Assembly: GCA_021823405.1 (NCBI GenBank)
Contig: JAKAOA010000003.1
Coordinates: 1-60,139 of the forward strand
Length of the DNA stretch: 60,139 nucleotides
Source: Bacteroidota bacterium
GTDB taxonomy: Bacteria; Bacteroidota; Bacteroidia; JABEUT01
Direction: 5' to 3'
In this document: positions 18,932 to 28,328 of the stretch, one piece after another
How positions within the stretch are numbered: the stretch's first letter is position 1
How the letters are laid out: every line of letters begins with the position of its first letter
Program-made: the position numbers and the translations under genes
Notes under the pieces: model-generated
Told to the model about the DNA's origin: nothing
Seen by the model: the letters and a program-made list of their open reading frames with translations, nothing else
Database searches by the model: none

Positions 18932-20590
18932 ATGAAAGGAAATATACTCATCCCTGCAATCTTATTAATGCTCAATACAATTGCGTTTGCACAACCTCCG
19001 CATATTAAATGGAGCGCAGAAAAGGAAGATTTTTGGCCTGTATGGAAAATAATCGGGTCTGATACCGGGGGTTATTATGTGTACAGAAATAAGGAAAGGA
19101 TTGAGAAGTCCCCTAATGTAACCGATGGCGTTTGTATTGAAAAAAGAAATTATAACAATAAGATTATTTTCACAAAAAATTACGATTTAAAGGACAATGG
19201 CACAAAGTACTATTTTATAAAAACCTTGATGCTTAAAAGCGGTCCGATTATAATAGTATATGAATATGGTACTAAAGATTACTACGCTTATAACATAGGA
19301 AACGACGGCGCTCTTGGGAATAAAACTCTATTAATGAATGATGATGATATTCCAAAGGCGATGCTCGGTAACGGGAATATTTCTGAAATGGTTCAAAGCA
19401 CCAAGTATGCCACCCATTTTGTTGTGTCGGATGATAAGAGCGCTTTGCTTGGATATCATGTAAATAAAAGTGACAAATCCACATTGACTGTTCGACTTTT
19501 TAACGATAACCTTAAACAAATGTGGAGTACGAATGTGGAACCAAACTTAGACGATGATGCTAAAATTGACCAAGTTTTAACAGATGGGAAAAGTGCATAT
19601 CTTATACTATGTGACACAAAAAATAAAGAAATTCCAAAGTATATTCTTTGTAAAGCAGAGCAATCGGGCGATACAAAAAAAATAGACCTTAATCCTTCTG
19701 ATGGTTCAGTTTGCATTACATCATTAAAAGCGAAAATAACCGATGATGGCGGAATGATAATTGGAGGTTTGACCAGCAAATATGACCCCAATTCGAAATT
19801 TAAGTATAATGGCAATACGGGTTATTGTTACATGCATTTTGATATATCTAGTGAAAAGATAAACGTTAATACTGCCGAGAATTTTGATAAATCCTTCATG
19901 TTAAAGTACCTTAGCGAAAAGCAGATTGATAAAGGAAAGGGTATAGAAAATTTAGGTATAAAGGGCATCGAAGAAAATAGTGATAAGAGTATAATATTGT
20001 TAGCGGAGCAATCCACAAGCGGCGTTTCAACATTCACTTCTTATGGTCCAAATCCTGTTGCCCAGGCAGGAAATCCGGCAGCGGCGCCAGGGACATTTTC
20101 ATCTTATAGTATTGGAAATTATGAAGCGGATGATATAATTATAGTTAAGTTAAAGCAGGACGGCTCGCAGGAATGGGTACAGGATGTCCCGAAGATTCAA
20201 AAAGTAGATATGCTGGGAAAATATTATGAGAATGTGGGTTCGTTCGGTTATTGGATCGAAAATGATAAAATTTATCTCCTCTATAACGATAATAAAAAGA
20301 ACGAGAAACTGAATGCCGATAAAATGGAAGAAAACAGAAAAGATATTGAATCTACCCGGTTATGGCCTCCCATTTCTACTTTAATTCTTGAAACGGTCAA
20401 TCTTTCCGATGGCACATTAAAAAGAATTCCCTACGGCAATCAATACGGCGATATTCAGGAGCAGGACAAAACCATGGTTTATTGCTCCATGGCTAAAAAA
20501 GTGGGAAATATCATCCTGTTGTACAGGAGTGACGAAAAAAATAAAATGGAACAGTTTGGCGCAATAAATATTGCCGATATTTCCAACTAA
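18932..20590 (+). CDS. Secreted hypothetical protein (552 aa).
   Basis: Signal peptide ...LNTIAFAQ. The ORF is long, AT-rich and N/K/D-rich. No family recognised. Confidence 0.7.
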   Translation: MKGNILIPAILLMLNTIAFAQPPHIKWSAEKEDFWPVWKIIGSDTGGYYVYRNKERIEKSPNVTDGVCIEKRNYNNKIIFTKNYDLKDNGTKYYFIKTLMLKSGPIIIVYEYGTKDYYAYNIGNDGALGNKTLLMNDDDIPKAMLGNGNISEMVQSTKYATHFVVSDDKSALLGYHVNKSDKSTLTVRLFNDNLKQMWSTNVEPNLDDDAKIDQVLTDGKSAYLILCDTKNKEIPKYILCKAEQSGDTKKIDLNPSDGSVCITSLKAKITDDGGMIIGGLTSKYDPNSKFKYNGNTGYCYMHFDISSEKINVNTAENFDKSFMLKYLSEKQIDKGKGIENLGIKGIEENSDKSIILLAEQSTSGVSTFTSYGPNPVAQAGNPAAAPGTFSSYSIGNYEADDIIIVKLKQDGSQEWVQDVPKIQKVDMLGKYYENVGSFGYWIENDKIYLLYNDNKKNEKLNADKMEENRKDIESTRLWPPISTLILETVNLSDGTLKRIPYGNQYGDIQEQDKTMVYCSMAKKVGNIILLYRSDEKNKMEQFGAINIADISN

Positions 20591-20911
20591 ATTACTTACC
20601 CTATTTTTTGGGGAAGCATTGCCGCAATGCCGAACTGCCTTGCCCTGAATGATTGAATGTTCACCTGAACCACTTTTTCGCGCCCGGTCTGCGGTGCGGA
20701 CAACCGGGCAACAGCATGGTCTGCGCTTCCCACGGAGTATTTCTTCACTTAACCCAACAATATGTTCCTTCCTTGTCTCGGGCTTTTTAACTATGGTAGT
20801 CCAGCAAATCCATTCGTTGCGAGCGAGCGGTGTAAGATTATTCCAGTTACCTAGCAGAACCGGATTGGAAGTTAACGATTCGGCTAAATCTTTAGGGGTC
20901 CTATGAACCAC
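20417..20911 (-). pseudogene. YdeI/OmdA-like protein. It is apparently frameshifted, has only a GTG start, and its 3' end overlaps the convergent gene.
   Basis: PKDL..NWNNLTPLARNEWICW..KKPETRKEHI..GKRRPCC matches the family. After CC the frame reads on for ~90 aa into the neighbouring gene. Adding a 1-nt insertion gives CCWPGCPHRRPGAKKWFR-stop at 20661. Confidence 0.6.
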
Positions 20912-20980
20912 GCCATCTAATACTGCTTTTTTACCATCTCAATTCTATTTTATTCTGACTTGTATTACAAATCATAATCA

Positions 20981-21010
20981 TGTCGGTTGTTGTCGGTTGT
21001 TGTCGGTTTT
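20981..21010. repeat. Tandem decamer (tgtcggttgt) x 3.
   Basis: Read directly from the sequence. The third unit ends tttt. Confidence 0.9.
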
Positions 21011-21040
21011 TTATAGTCCCTGAATTTTTGAAAATCTAAT

Positions 21041-21562
21041 TCAGGGCAGGTTCATAATCGTTTCAACCACCTTTTTTGCTTCCTCATTTTCTACTACAAT
21101 TGTCGGCATCAGGTTTTGCGTACTGTTCTTTTCCAATACTTTCGGCTGCCGGTATGCGCCTCTCTTTTTCCATATCATATCTATCGCTTTCAGTATAGTG
21201 GAGTAGGATGGGGGTTGTTTTATCTCGGAGGTTTTGCCGTCGGAGCCGGAGATTAGTTTTTCTGTGCGCAACTCGCCTTCAATGATTGAAATAAGCTTAG
21301 CTTCCAGTTCAAGATTGCTCCGGAGGTACTGTTCCGCCTCGTCGGCTATTATTTCGCCGCGCATTATTTCAATCATGGCGTTTTTATCCTCCATCCTGTC
21401 CATTACAATATCCCTGGAGTATGCGATATAGCGTTCTGCTGTGCGCTCCGATACTTTGTATTCAGTGGTACAGAGACGGATAATTTCGGAGCACGTCTTT
21501 CCGTTCTCCAGGTATCCTGCAACCTTTTCAATGCGTTTTTGAATTTCAATTTTGTTCGTCAT
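21041..21562 (-). CDS. Hypothetical protein with an N-terminal HTH-like segment. Possibly phage or mobile-element derived.
   Basis: GKTCSEIIRLCTTEYKVSERTAERYIAYSRD resembles an HTH. A ~220-bp very AT-rich region lies upstream. Confidence 0.55.
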   Translation of the reverse strand: MTNKIEIQKRIEKVAGYLENGKTCSEIIRLCTTEYKVSERTAERYIAYSRDIVMDRMEDKNAMIEIMRGEIIADEAEQYLRSNLELEAKLISIIEGELRTEKLISGSDGKTSEIKQPPSYSTILKAIDMIWKKRGAYRQPKVLEKNSTQNLMPTIVVENEEAKKVVETIMNLP

Positions 21563-21781
21563 GGTAATTAAGTATTATGTTGTTAAGATTAATTTGTTTA
21601 ATGGCACAAAGATATATAATATAATATTACATAATATATAAAAAGATAAATAATTTATAAATAAAGCCATAAGTATTTGACAATGAATAAATAAAAATTT
21701 TTAACTTTTCATGCTTCACCGAAGAAAAAGGTTGTTCTAACACCCGATGAATGTAGTCCGGTTAATAGTAATTTACCTTTT

Positions 21782-23248
21782 CTACTTAAGATTTTCCTTT
21801 CTGAATGGATATATCCGGTATAATTCTAACATTGTATAAGTAGCGCCGGCTATGATGAACGACCATGCCGGCATCAGATACCGGTTTTGAGCATAATGCA
21901 GAATCAGAGGATGGATAACTATAGTGTAAATGGGAATTGAAGCCGGCAACAGCAGCATTCTGTTGTGTTTAATTCCATTGATAGCCATGAGTAAAATACC
22001 CGGCAAACCAGCTACCAGTATAAACAGATAAAATATGGTGTAAAAGCCCTCAATTAATATGCCAAAACTTTTAAATACCTGTCCTCTTTTCAGGTACAGT
22101 TTTGTTTCCCTGCCGTATAAGAACTCGCCCAGAAGCCGCAACGGACGATAGATATAGTATAATACAGGTTTTTCACGGATGAATGAACGTCTGTAAATGC
22201 CAAGCTTTGATATTAATTGATTATTGACTTCACTCTTCACTGCCGGCGACGTTGCTGGATTTTGCGCCACCTCAATTAAATTTCTTATTAACAGCAAACT
22301 ATCCCTGTTAAATGCAGTGGTGTAAATATAACCGGGAAGCGAATCATAAGCAGTTTGTTTAGGCGTACCGGTAATGTAGTATCCAAACCAACCAAGCGCG
22401 GAATTATTATCGGTATAGCCGGTGCAGCCGCCCCACGACTGTACAAAGGAGGTAAGTGGAACAATAAATGTGTTGCCCACCTGCGGATAAAGGATGCTTG
22501 AGGTAAGTGGAATGAGTTTTTTATGAAAGATATAATTTCTAATTATCCAAACGCCGTCGCATATTAAAAAAGGAATAAGAAAAGCCATTACATATTTCGC
22601 CGCTGATAGTTTCACGGTGGTCGACTGCATTATAATGAAACCCCCGAAGAGCGCCGTAAGCGGGAGAAAAACCGGACGAAGGAATATTACCCATGTAAGA
22701 AAAATGCCTGACAGAAGAATATGCCTTAACCTGTATGAATCATTCCACCTGACAAAGTAGTAGGCGGAGAAGATAAGCGCGGATGAACAGAAGCTTTCGG
22801 TAAGCAGGTAGCCGTCGTAAAAATTGGAGTATGTGCTCACAAGCAGAAGATAAAAACTAATGTAAAATGCGCTTTTGCTTTTAAATACCCTCATCACCGT
22901 CAAACTGAAAAAATAAACGCTTAATGCGGCTAAGACAAACTGAAGAAGAATAATTAAATTACACGCAGCGGCTTTAGAGGCGAACAACCGGAAGAGAAGG
23001 TAAACAATGCCGTAACCCGGCATGCGGAAATCGGGAGCATATATTCCGGCGGACAGAAGTGAATCGATGGGATTGAGGTATGAAGGCGTATCGCCCATGC
23101 TTCCGCCTACAAAGCCGGGTATATCGTTAACGGGCTTGTGAATTAGCAGAATAATAAAAGGCGCGCTTTTGAAAAGCAGGGAAAGCAGCAGCCAGAATTT
23201 GAAGCGGTACGGCTCTTTTAGGAACAGATGTGCGAGTTTACTTTTCAT
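21782..23248 (-). CDS. Polytopic membrane protein, GT-C (ArnT/PMT-like) glycosyltransferase candidate.
   Basis: More than 10 predicted TM segments and an aromatic-rich composition. No soluble domain. Confidence 0.6.
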   Translation of the reverse strand: MKSKLAHLFLKEPYRFKFWLLLSLLFKSAPFIILLIHKPVNDIPGFVGGSMGDTPSYLNPIDSLLSAGIYAPDFRMPGYGIVYLLFRLFASKAAACNLIILLQFVLAALSVYFFSLTVMRVFKSKSAFYISFYLLLVSTYSNFYDGYLLTESFCSSALIFSAYYFVRWNDSYRLRHILLSGIFLTWVIFLRPVFLPLTALFGGFIIMQSTTVKLSAAKYVMAFLIPFLICDGVWIIRNYIFHKKLIPLTSSILYPQVGNTFIVPLTSFVQSWGGCTGYTDNNSALGWFGYYITGTPKQTAYDSLPGYIYTTAFNRDSLLLIRNLIEVAQNPATSPAVKSEVNNQLISKLGIYRRSFIREKPVLYYIYRPLRLLGEFLYGRETKLYLKRGQVFKSFGILIEGFYTIFYLFILVAGLPGILLMAINGIKHNRMLLLPASIPIYTIVIHPLILHYAQNRYLMPAWSFIIAGATYTMLELYRIYPFRKENLK

Positions 23249-23316
23249 CGCAGGCTAAAAAGTTCAGTCATGGGAGATGGGGTTACAAAGACCGGATTCC
23301 TGCGTTTCAATAGCGG

Positions 23317-23913
23317 TTACTTTTTATGTCGTTGCTCAAGAACTGCCTCCACTTCATTCAGCCCGGTATTTTTTGCCGAAAGTAGAACAAGATAATGAAA
23401 AAGCAGGTCAGCCGCTTCGTTCAGGAATAATTCCTCGTTGTTATCTTTCGCTTCAATAATCAGTTCGGTAGCTTCTTCGCCTACTTTCTGGGCTATCTTG
23501 TTTATACCTGCGGCGAAGAGCGAAGCAGTGTATGATTTATCGGGAGGAGCGGCTTTGCGCTCCTTTATTAATTTTTCAAGGCGATAGATGAAGCTGTTGT
23601 TTTCGTTCTTCTCATTCCAGCAGGTATCAGCTCCCGTATGGCATACCGGACCGCGGGGAACGGCTTTTACAAGCAGCGCATCATTGTCGCAGTCGGTAAG
23701 TATTTCGGTAATATCAAGGTAATTACCCGACTCCTCGCCTTTGGTCCAGAGGCGTTTTTTACTGCGGCTGTAAAAGGTCACCCGCTTATCTTTCGCGGTT
23801 TTATCCCATGCTTCGGAGTTCATATAGCCGAGCATCAGAACCTTTGCGGTATTGGCATCTTGTATAATAGCCGGTGCAAGTCCGTCATCGTATTTTTTAA
23901 AGTCGGGTTTCAT
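23317..23913 (-). CDS. hisI: Bifunctional phosphoribosyl-AMP cyclohydrolase / phosphoribosyl-ATP pyrophosphatase.
   Basis: GLAPAIIQD..MLGYMN.EA...T...VTFYSRSK..LW.KGE.SGN, plus a C-terminal HisE helical part. Confidence 0.95.
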   Translation of the reverse strand: MKPDFKKYDDGLAPAIIQDANTAKVLMLGYMNSEAWDKTAKDKRVTFYSRSKKRLWTKGEESGNYLDITEILTDCDNDALLVKAVPRGPVCHTGADTCWNEKNENNSFIYRLEKLIKERKAAPPDKSYTASLFAAGINKIAQKVGEEATELIIEAKDNNEELFLNEAADLLFHYLVLLSAKNTGLNEVEAVLEQRHKK

Positions 23914-23964
23914 GGTGATTATAAATAAATGGTTTTAAAATCCGGTTTAGGTAACGGTAATTAT

Positions 23965-24726
23965 TCATTGTCTTACAGCAATTTTCTGCGATAAAAGATA
24001 ACGTTTGAGTTCGGGTATCTCTATCTCTTTATAATGAAATACGCTTGCCGCCAATGCGGCATTGGCGCAGCCAATAGTGAATACATCGGCGAAATCCTGC
24101 ATTTTACCTGCACCGCCTGACGCTATAACGGGTATGTTCAGCGAAAGCGATATTTCACGGGTTAAGTGGAGGGCAAAACCGTTCTTGGTTCCGTCGTGGT
24201 TCATTGAGGTAAGCAATATTTCACCTGCGCCCGCTTCCTGGGCTTGCAGCGCCCACCCATGCGCATTTTTCGCAGTTTTTATTCTGCCGCCGTTAACATA
24301 TACCGTCCAATCGCCGTCGGGATTTTCCATTTTTACATCCATGGCGACCACGATACATTGCGAGCCGAATCTTTTCGCCATTTCCGTTATTAAAGAAGCG
24401 TTCTTTACAGCAGCCGAATTTATCGATATTTTATCGGCGCCCGCTTCGAGCAATAGATTAACATCTTCAATGCCTGTAATACCGCCTCCTACCGTAAAAG
24501 GTATGTTTATATTACGGGCTATCTCCCTCACAAGCGATAAAAATACTTTTCTTTTTTCTTTGGTGGCGGTTATATCGAGGTACACAAGTTCGTCGGCTCC
24601 CTGTTCGGCGTAATACCTGCCCATCTCAACAGGGTTACCCACTTCTTTAATCCCGCCAAAGTTGATTCCTTTTACAATCCTGCCCTCCTGAATATCCATG
24701 CAGGGTATTATTCTTTTACTTAGCAT
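23965..24726 (-). CDS. hisF: Imidazole glycerol phosphate synthase cyclase subunit.
   Basis: KRIIPCMDI..GRIVKG.NF; FTVGGGI; ADKISINSAA. Confidence 0.96.
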   Translation of the reverse strand: MLSKRIIPCMDIQEGRIVKGINFGGIKEVGNPVEMGRYYAEQGADELVYLDITATKEKRKVFLSLVREIARNINIPFTVGGGITGIEDVNLLLEAGADKISINSAAVKNASLITEMAKRFGSQCIVVAMDVKMENPDGDWTVYVNGGRIKTAKNAHGWALQAQEAGAGEILLTSMNHDGTKNGFALHLTREISLSLNIPVIASGGAGKMQDFADVFTIGCANAALAASVFHYKEIEIPELKRYLLSQKIAVRQ

Positions 24727-24780
24727 CGGTTTCGGTGATATTGTATTTTTTTAAAATCGGAAATAGTAATTGGAACGGTC

Positions 24781-25503
24781 TTAATGTATCCAGGGTTTCA
24801 GTTCTTCAAGTTTTATTTTCCCTTCATAAAGCGCTTTACCTATGATAACTTCTTTACAACCCGCCTTTTCAACAGCATCAATATCCGCGAGCCCGCTAAT
24901 CCCGCCGCTCGCTATCAGATGGAAACCGGGTGAGTTTTCGAGAATCTTTTTATAAAGCCCTGTCGCCGGACCCTCTAATTTGCCGTCTTTTGAAATGTCG
25001 GTGCAGAGAATTTGATCTATTCCCGTTTGCAACATCTCATTTATTCCCTCCAAAATAGGAATATCGGTATCATACTGCCAGCCCGAAATTGAAATCTTTT
25101 CCTTTCGCGCGTCTGCTGCAACAATAAATAGTTGCGAACCGAAACTGCTGATCCATTGCTTAAATAGAGTTTTATCGCCGAACGCTATGCTACCCGTGGT
25201 TATGTATTTTGCTCCGCTGTTTATGGCAATATTAATGTCATGTTCCGACTTAACGCCTCCGCCGAAGTCAATTATAAGCTGCGTTTGTGCAGCCAGTTTT
25301 TCAAGTGTTCTGAAATTCATTACTCTGCCTTCCCTTGCGCCGTCCAGGTCAACTAAATGCAACCGTTTCAGTCCGGCATCTTCAAACCTCTTTGCCACAT
25401 CCATAGGGCTTTCCTTATACTCCGCCTTTTTCGAGAAATCGCCCGTAGCAAGCCGTACGCACTTGCCATCCATTATATCTATTGCCGGAATAATGCCTAT
25501 CAC
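24781..25503 (-). CDS. hisA: ProFAR isomerase.
   Basis: IIPAIDIMDGKCVRL..GD; LHLVDLDGA; ASGGIS. Confidence 0.95.
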   Translation of the reverse strand: MIGIIPAIDIMDGKCVRLATGDFSKKAEYKESPMDVAKRFEDAGLKRLHLVDLDGAREGRVMNFRTLEKLAAQTQLIIDFGGGVKSEHDINIAINSGAKYITTGSIAFGDKTLFKQWISSFGSQLFIVAADARKEKISISGWQYDTDIPILEGINEMLQTGIDQILCTDISKDGKLEGPATGLYKKILENSPGFHLIASGGISGLADIDAVEKAGCKEVIIGKALYEGKIKLEELKPWIH

Positions 25504-26111
25504 AGTTCAATAAAGTTTTTAAGGATTGCCGCTCCTACACTACCGCTCTTTTCAGGGTGGAACTGAACCGCAAAATAGTTATCCTTCATCAGCGCCGCAC
25601 TGAAAGGATGTATGTAATCGGTCAGGGCGCATGTGTTCGCACCTGTTTCGGCATAATAGCTATGGACATAATATACATAACTGTTTTCGGCAATTCCTTT
25701 GAACAGCGGACCTTGCAGGTTGGTTATGGTGTTCCAGCCCGTATGCGGAACTTTGAGTTTTTGAGTTTCTGCGCCGGTGGCGGCAGGAAATTGCTCAAAT
25801 TTTTTTACTTCCTGCCCGAAGATATTTAGGCAGTCCGCGTTTCCCTCTTCAGTATGGCGGCACATCAACTGCAAACCGAGGCAAATACCCAGAAACGGCT
25901 GCTTTAGTTGCTGAAGAGCCGCGGTAATGCCCAGCCGCTCAAGTTCATGCATGGTACTACCCGCTTCGCCTACACCCGGAAAAATAACCTTATCGGCTTT
26001 TGCAATCTCCTCCGGTTTGGAAGAGAGCAATGGGGTAATGCCCAACCGTTCCAAAGCGAACAATACGGACTGTATGTTGCCCGCGTTATATTTTACCACC
26101 GTCACGTTCAT
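25500..26111 (-). CDS. hisH: Imidazole glycerol phosphate synthase glutaminase subunit.
   Basis: FPGVGEAG; GICLGLQL; QFHPEKS. Confidence 0.95.
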   Translation of the reverse strand: MNVTVVKYNAGNIQSVLFALERLGITPLLSSKPEEIAKADKVIFPGVGEAGSTMHELERLGITAALQQLKQPFLGICLGLQLMCRHTEEGNADCLNIFGQEVKKFEQFPAATGAETQKLKVPHTGWNTITNLQGPLFKGIAENSYVYYVHSYYAETGANTCALTDYIHPFSAALMKDNYFAVQFHPEKSGSVGAAILKNFIEL

Positions 26112-26127
26112 CGGTCATATATATTCT

Positions 26128-27240
26128 TCATAGAAACCCTTTGGTACTCGGAGTACTCATATTACCGGCGTCACGCCTTACAGCCATCTTTATCGCTTTG
26201 GCAAGAGCTTTGAAGATAGATTCAATTTTATGATGTTCGTTCGTTCCTTCCGCTTTAATATGGAGGTTGCATTTTGCACCATCGCAGAACGATTTAAAAA
26301 AATGGAAGAACATTTCAGTCGGAATGCCGCCTATCGATTCCCTTTTAAAATGGGCTTTCCATACAAGCCAGCTTCTTCCGCCGAAGTCAATAGCCGCCTG
26401 CGCCAGGCAATCATCCATAGGGAGGCAGAACCCGTACCGCTCGATGCCTTTTTTATCGCCGAGGGCTGCCCCGAATGCCTCGCCGAGGGTAATGGCGGTA
26501 TCTTCGATGGTGTGGTGTTCGTCGACATGCGTGTCGCCTTTGGTCCGTATCTTCATATCCACCGATGAATGCTTGCCGAGTTGTTCGAGCATGTGGTTGA
26601 AGAAGGGTAGTCCTGTGCGTATGTCTGTTTTTCCCGTACCATCGGGGTTAAGGGTTATCTTCACGTTGGTTTCGTTCGTCTTTCTTTCTTTTGTAATCAG
26701 CCGTCCGGGCAGCAACAGAAAGCGCGTTATCTCTTTCCAGTTGCCGGCTTTCAGGGCAACATAGGGAAGTAAGGGTTTTGGAACGGTTTTTCTGCAATTA
26801 ATAAGCATTGCTTTACAGCCCAGATTTTTTGCCAGTTCAATATCGGTGAGCCGGTCGCCTATTACGAACGATTTTTTCAAATCATAGGCGGCGGAAAAGT
26901 AGGATGTTAGCATGGCAGTTCCGGGTTTACGGGTAGGCGATTTATCGGCGGGGGTGGTTCTGTCAATGTGCGAGGCAAAAAACTCTACCCCTTCGCCTTG
27001 AAGGGTTTTGAGCATTTTACAGTGAGGCGCGAGGAATTTTTTTTCAGGAAATGACTTTGTTCCGAGTCCATCCTGGTTGGAAACAAGTACAAGAGCATAG
27101 TCGCTCTTAGCCGCTATTTCGGCGAGGGCGGTAATAGCTCCCGGCAGAAACTCCAGAAGCTCAAGTGAGTCGATCTGCTCTGTGGCGGCGGGTTCAACGA
27201 TAATGGTGCCGTCCCTGTCGATGAACAGTACTTTTCTCAT
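26128..27240 (-). CDS. hisB: Bifunctional histidinol-phosphatase / imidazoleglycerol-phosphate dehydratase.
   Basis: MRKVLFIDRDGT (HAD motif I), plus the IGPD motifs HHTIED and NEHH..ES.FKALA. The start was chosen at 27240 rather than the ORF-track start at 27315. Confidence 0.93.
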   Translation of the reverse strand: MRKVLFIDRDGTIIVEPAATEQIDSLELLEFLPGAITALAEIAAKSDYALVLVSNQDGLGTKSFPEKKFLAPHCKMLKTLQGEGVEFFASHIDRTTPADKSPTRKPGTAMLTSYFSAAYDLKKSFVIGDRLTDIELAKNLGCKAMLINCRKTVPKPLLPYVALKAGNWKEITRFLLLPGRLITKERKTNETNVKITLNPDGTGKTDIRTGLPFFNHMLEQLGKHSSVDMKIRTKGDTHVDEHHTIEDTAITLGEAFGAALGDKKGIERYGFCLPMDDCLAQAAIDFGGRSWLVWKAHFKRESIGGIPTEMFFHFFKSFCDGAKCNLHIKAEGTNEHHKIESIFKALAKAIKMAVRRDAGNMSTPSTKGFL

Positions 27241-27247
27241 ATTTTTA

Positions 27248-28309
27248 TTATGTAGTTTTTCGCTCATAGTTCCTGAAAAGGGACAATAGTTTTTTATTTT
27301 CTTCCGGAGCGCCAACGGTTATGCGCAACCCTCCTTCGCATAAGGGCGAACTGGCGCGGTTGCGCACCACTATTCCTTCTTCTGTGAGATGATTGTACAG
27401 GACGTCCGGATGTGCGGTTTTAATAAGAATAAAATTCGCCTCGGAAGGAATAACCTTTTTTATAAACGAAAAACCGGCGAATTCCTTCTCCAGTTTGGTG
27501 CGTTCTGTTTTGACTATTTCAACCATTTTCTTCACCTTATTCCTGTTTTTTAATGCCTGTAAAATAACTTTCTGCGATAATTCCCCGACATTATAAGGCG
27601 CTTTAATTTTGTTCATAACGTCCACTATTTCCTTGCTTGCGAACGCCATACCAACTCTCAATCCTGCCATACCCCATGCTTTAGAAAAGGTCTGCAATAT
27701 TACCAAATTGGGGTGTTCGGGAAGCAGTTGAAGAGTGGAGGGGGCATCGGTAAAATCAATATATGCCTCATCTATGACAACAATTCCGTTAAACTTTTTC
27801 AGAAGCGTTTTAATCTGGTTATGGCTGATTACCGTTCCGGTAGGATTATTAGGGCTGCACACAAAAATAAGTTTTGTGCGGCTGTCCGCCGCTTTGATAA
27901 TTTTATCAAGATTTAACCGGAAAGCGGCGGTTAGATTTACCCGCTTTATTCCCACATCGTTTATTTGTGCGGCTACTTCGTACATGCCATAAGTGGGCGG
28001 CATTACCAAAATAGAATCTTTACCCGGGTTGCAGAATGCCCTTATCAGAATGTCTATCGCCTCGTCGCTTCCGTTGCCTAAAAATATGTTGTTTGCAGCC
28101 GTTTTTTTCAGTTGGGCTATTTTTCTTTTTACATCGGTTTGTAAGGGGTCAGGGTAGCGGTTGAGCATATATGTAGCGGTAGCCGAGCCGATCGGATTTT
28201 CGTTTGCATCGAGAAAAATGTCCGCTTTTCCTTTAAAATCGTGCCTTGCCGAAGAGTAGGGGATAAGCCGTTTTATGTTACTGCGTATGATGCGGTTTAA
28301 GGTAAACAT
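27248..28309 (-). CDS. hisC: Histidinol-phosphate aminotransferase.
   Basis: LDANENP; YPDP; the TFSKAWGMAGLRVG PLP-lysine motif. Confidence 0.95.
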   Translation of the reverse strand: MFTLNRIIRSNIKRLIPYSSARHDFKGKADIFLDANENPIGSATATYMLNRYPDPLQTDVKRKIAQLKKTAANNIFLGNGSDEAIDILIRAFCNPGKDSILVMPPTYGMYEVAAQINDVGIKRVNLTAAFRLNLDKIIKAADSRTKLIFVCSPNNPTGTVISHNQIKTLLKKFNGIVVIDEAYIDFTDAPSTLQLLPEHPNLVILQTFSKAWGMAGLRVGMAFASKEIVDVMNKIKAPYNVGELSQKVILQALKNRNKVKKMVEIVKTERTKLEKEFAGFSFIKKVIPSEANFILIKTAHPDVLYNHLTEEGIVVRNRASSPLCEGGLRITVGAPEENKKLLSLFRNYERKTT

Positions 28310-28328
28310 AATTTTTCCGGTCGTCAGA

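Noticed and set aside
24062-26764. Several plus-strand ORFs of 100-180 aa inside the his operon (for example 24062-24613, 25187-25513 and 26267-26764).
   Set aside because: All are antisense to confidently identified his genes and have S/P/A-rich shadow-frame composition.
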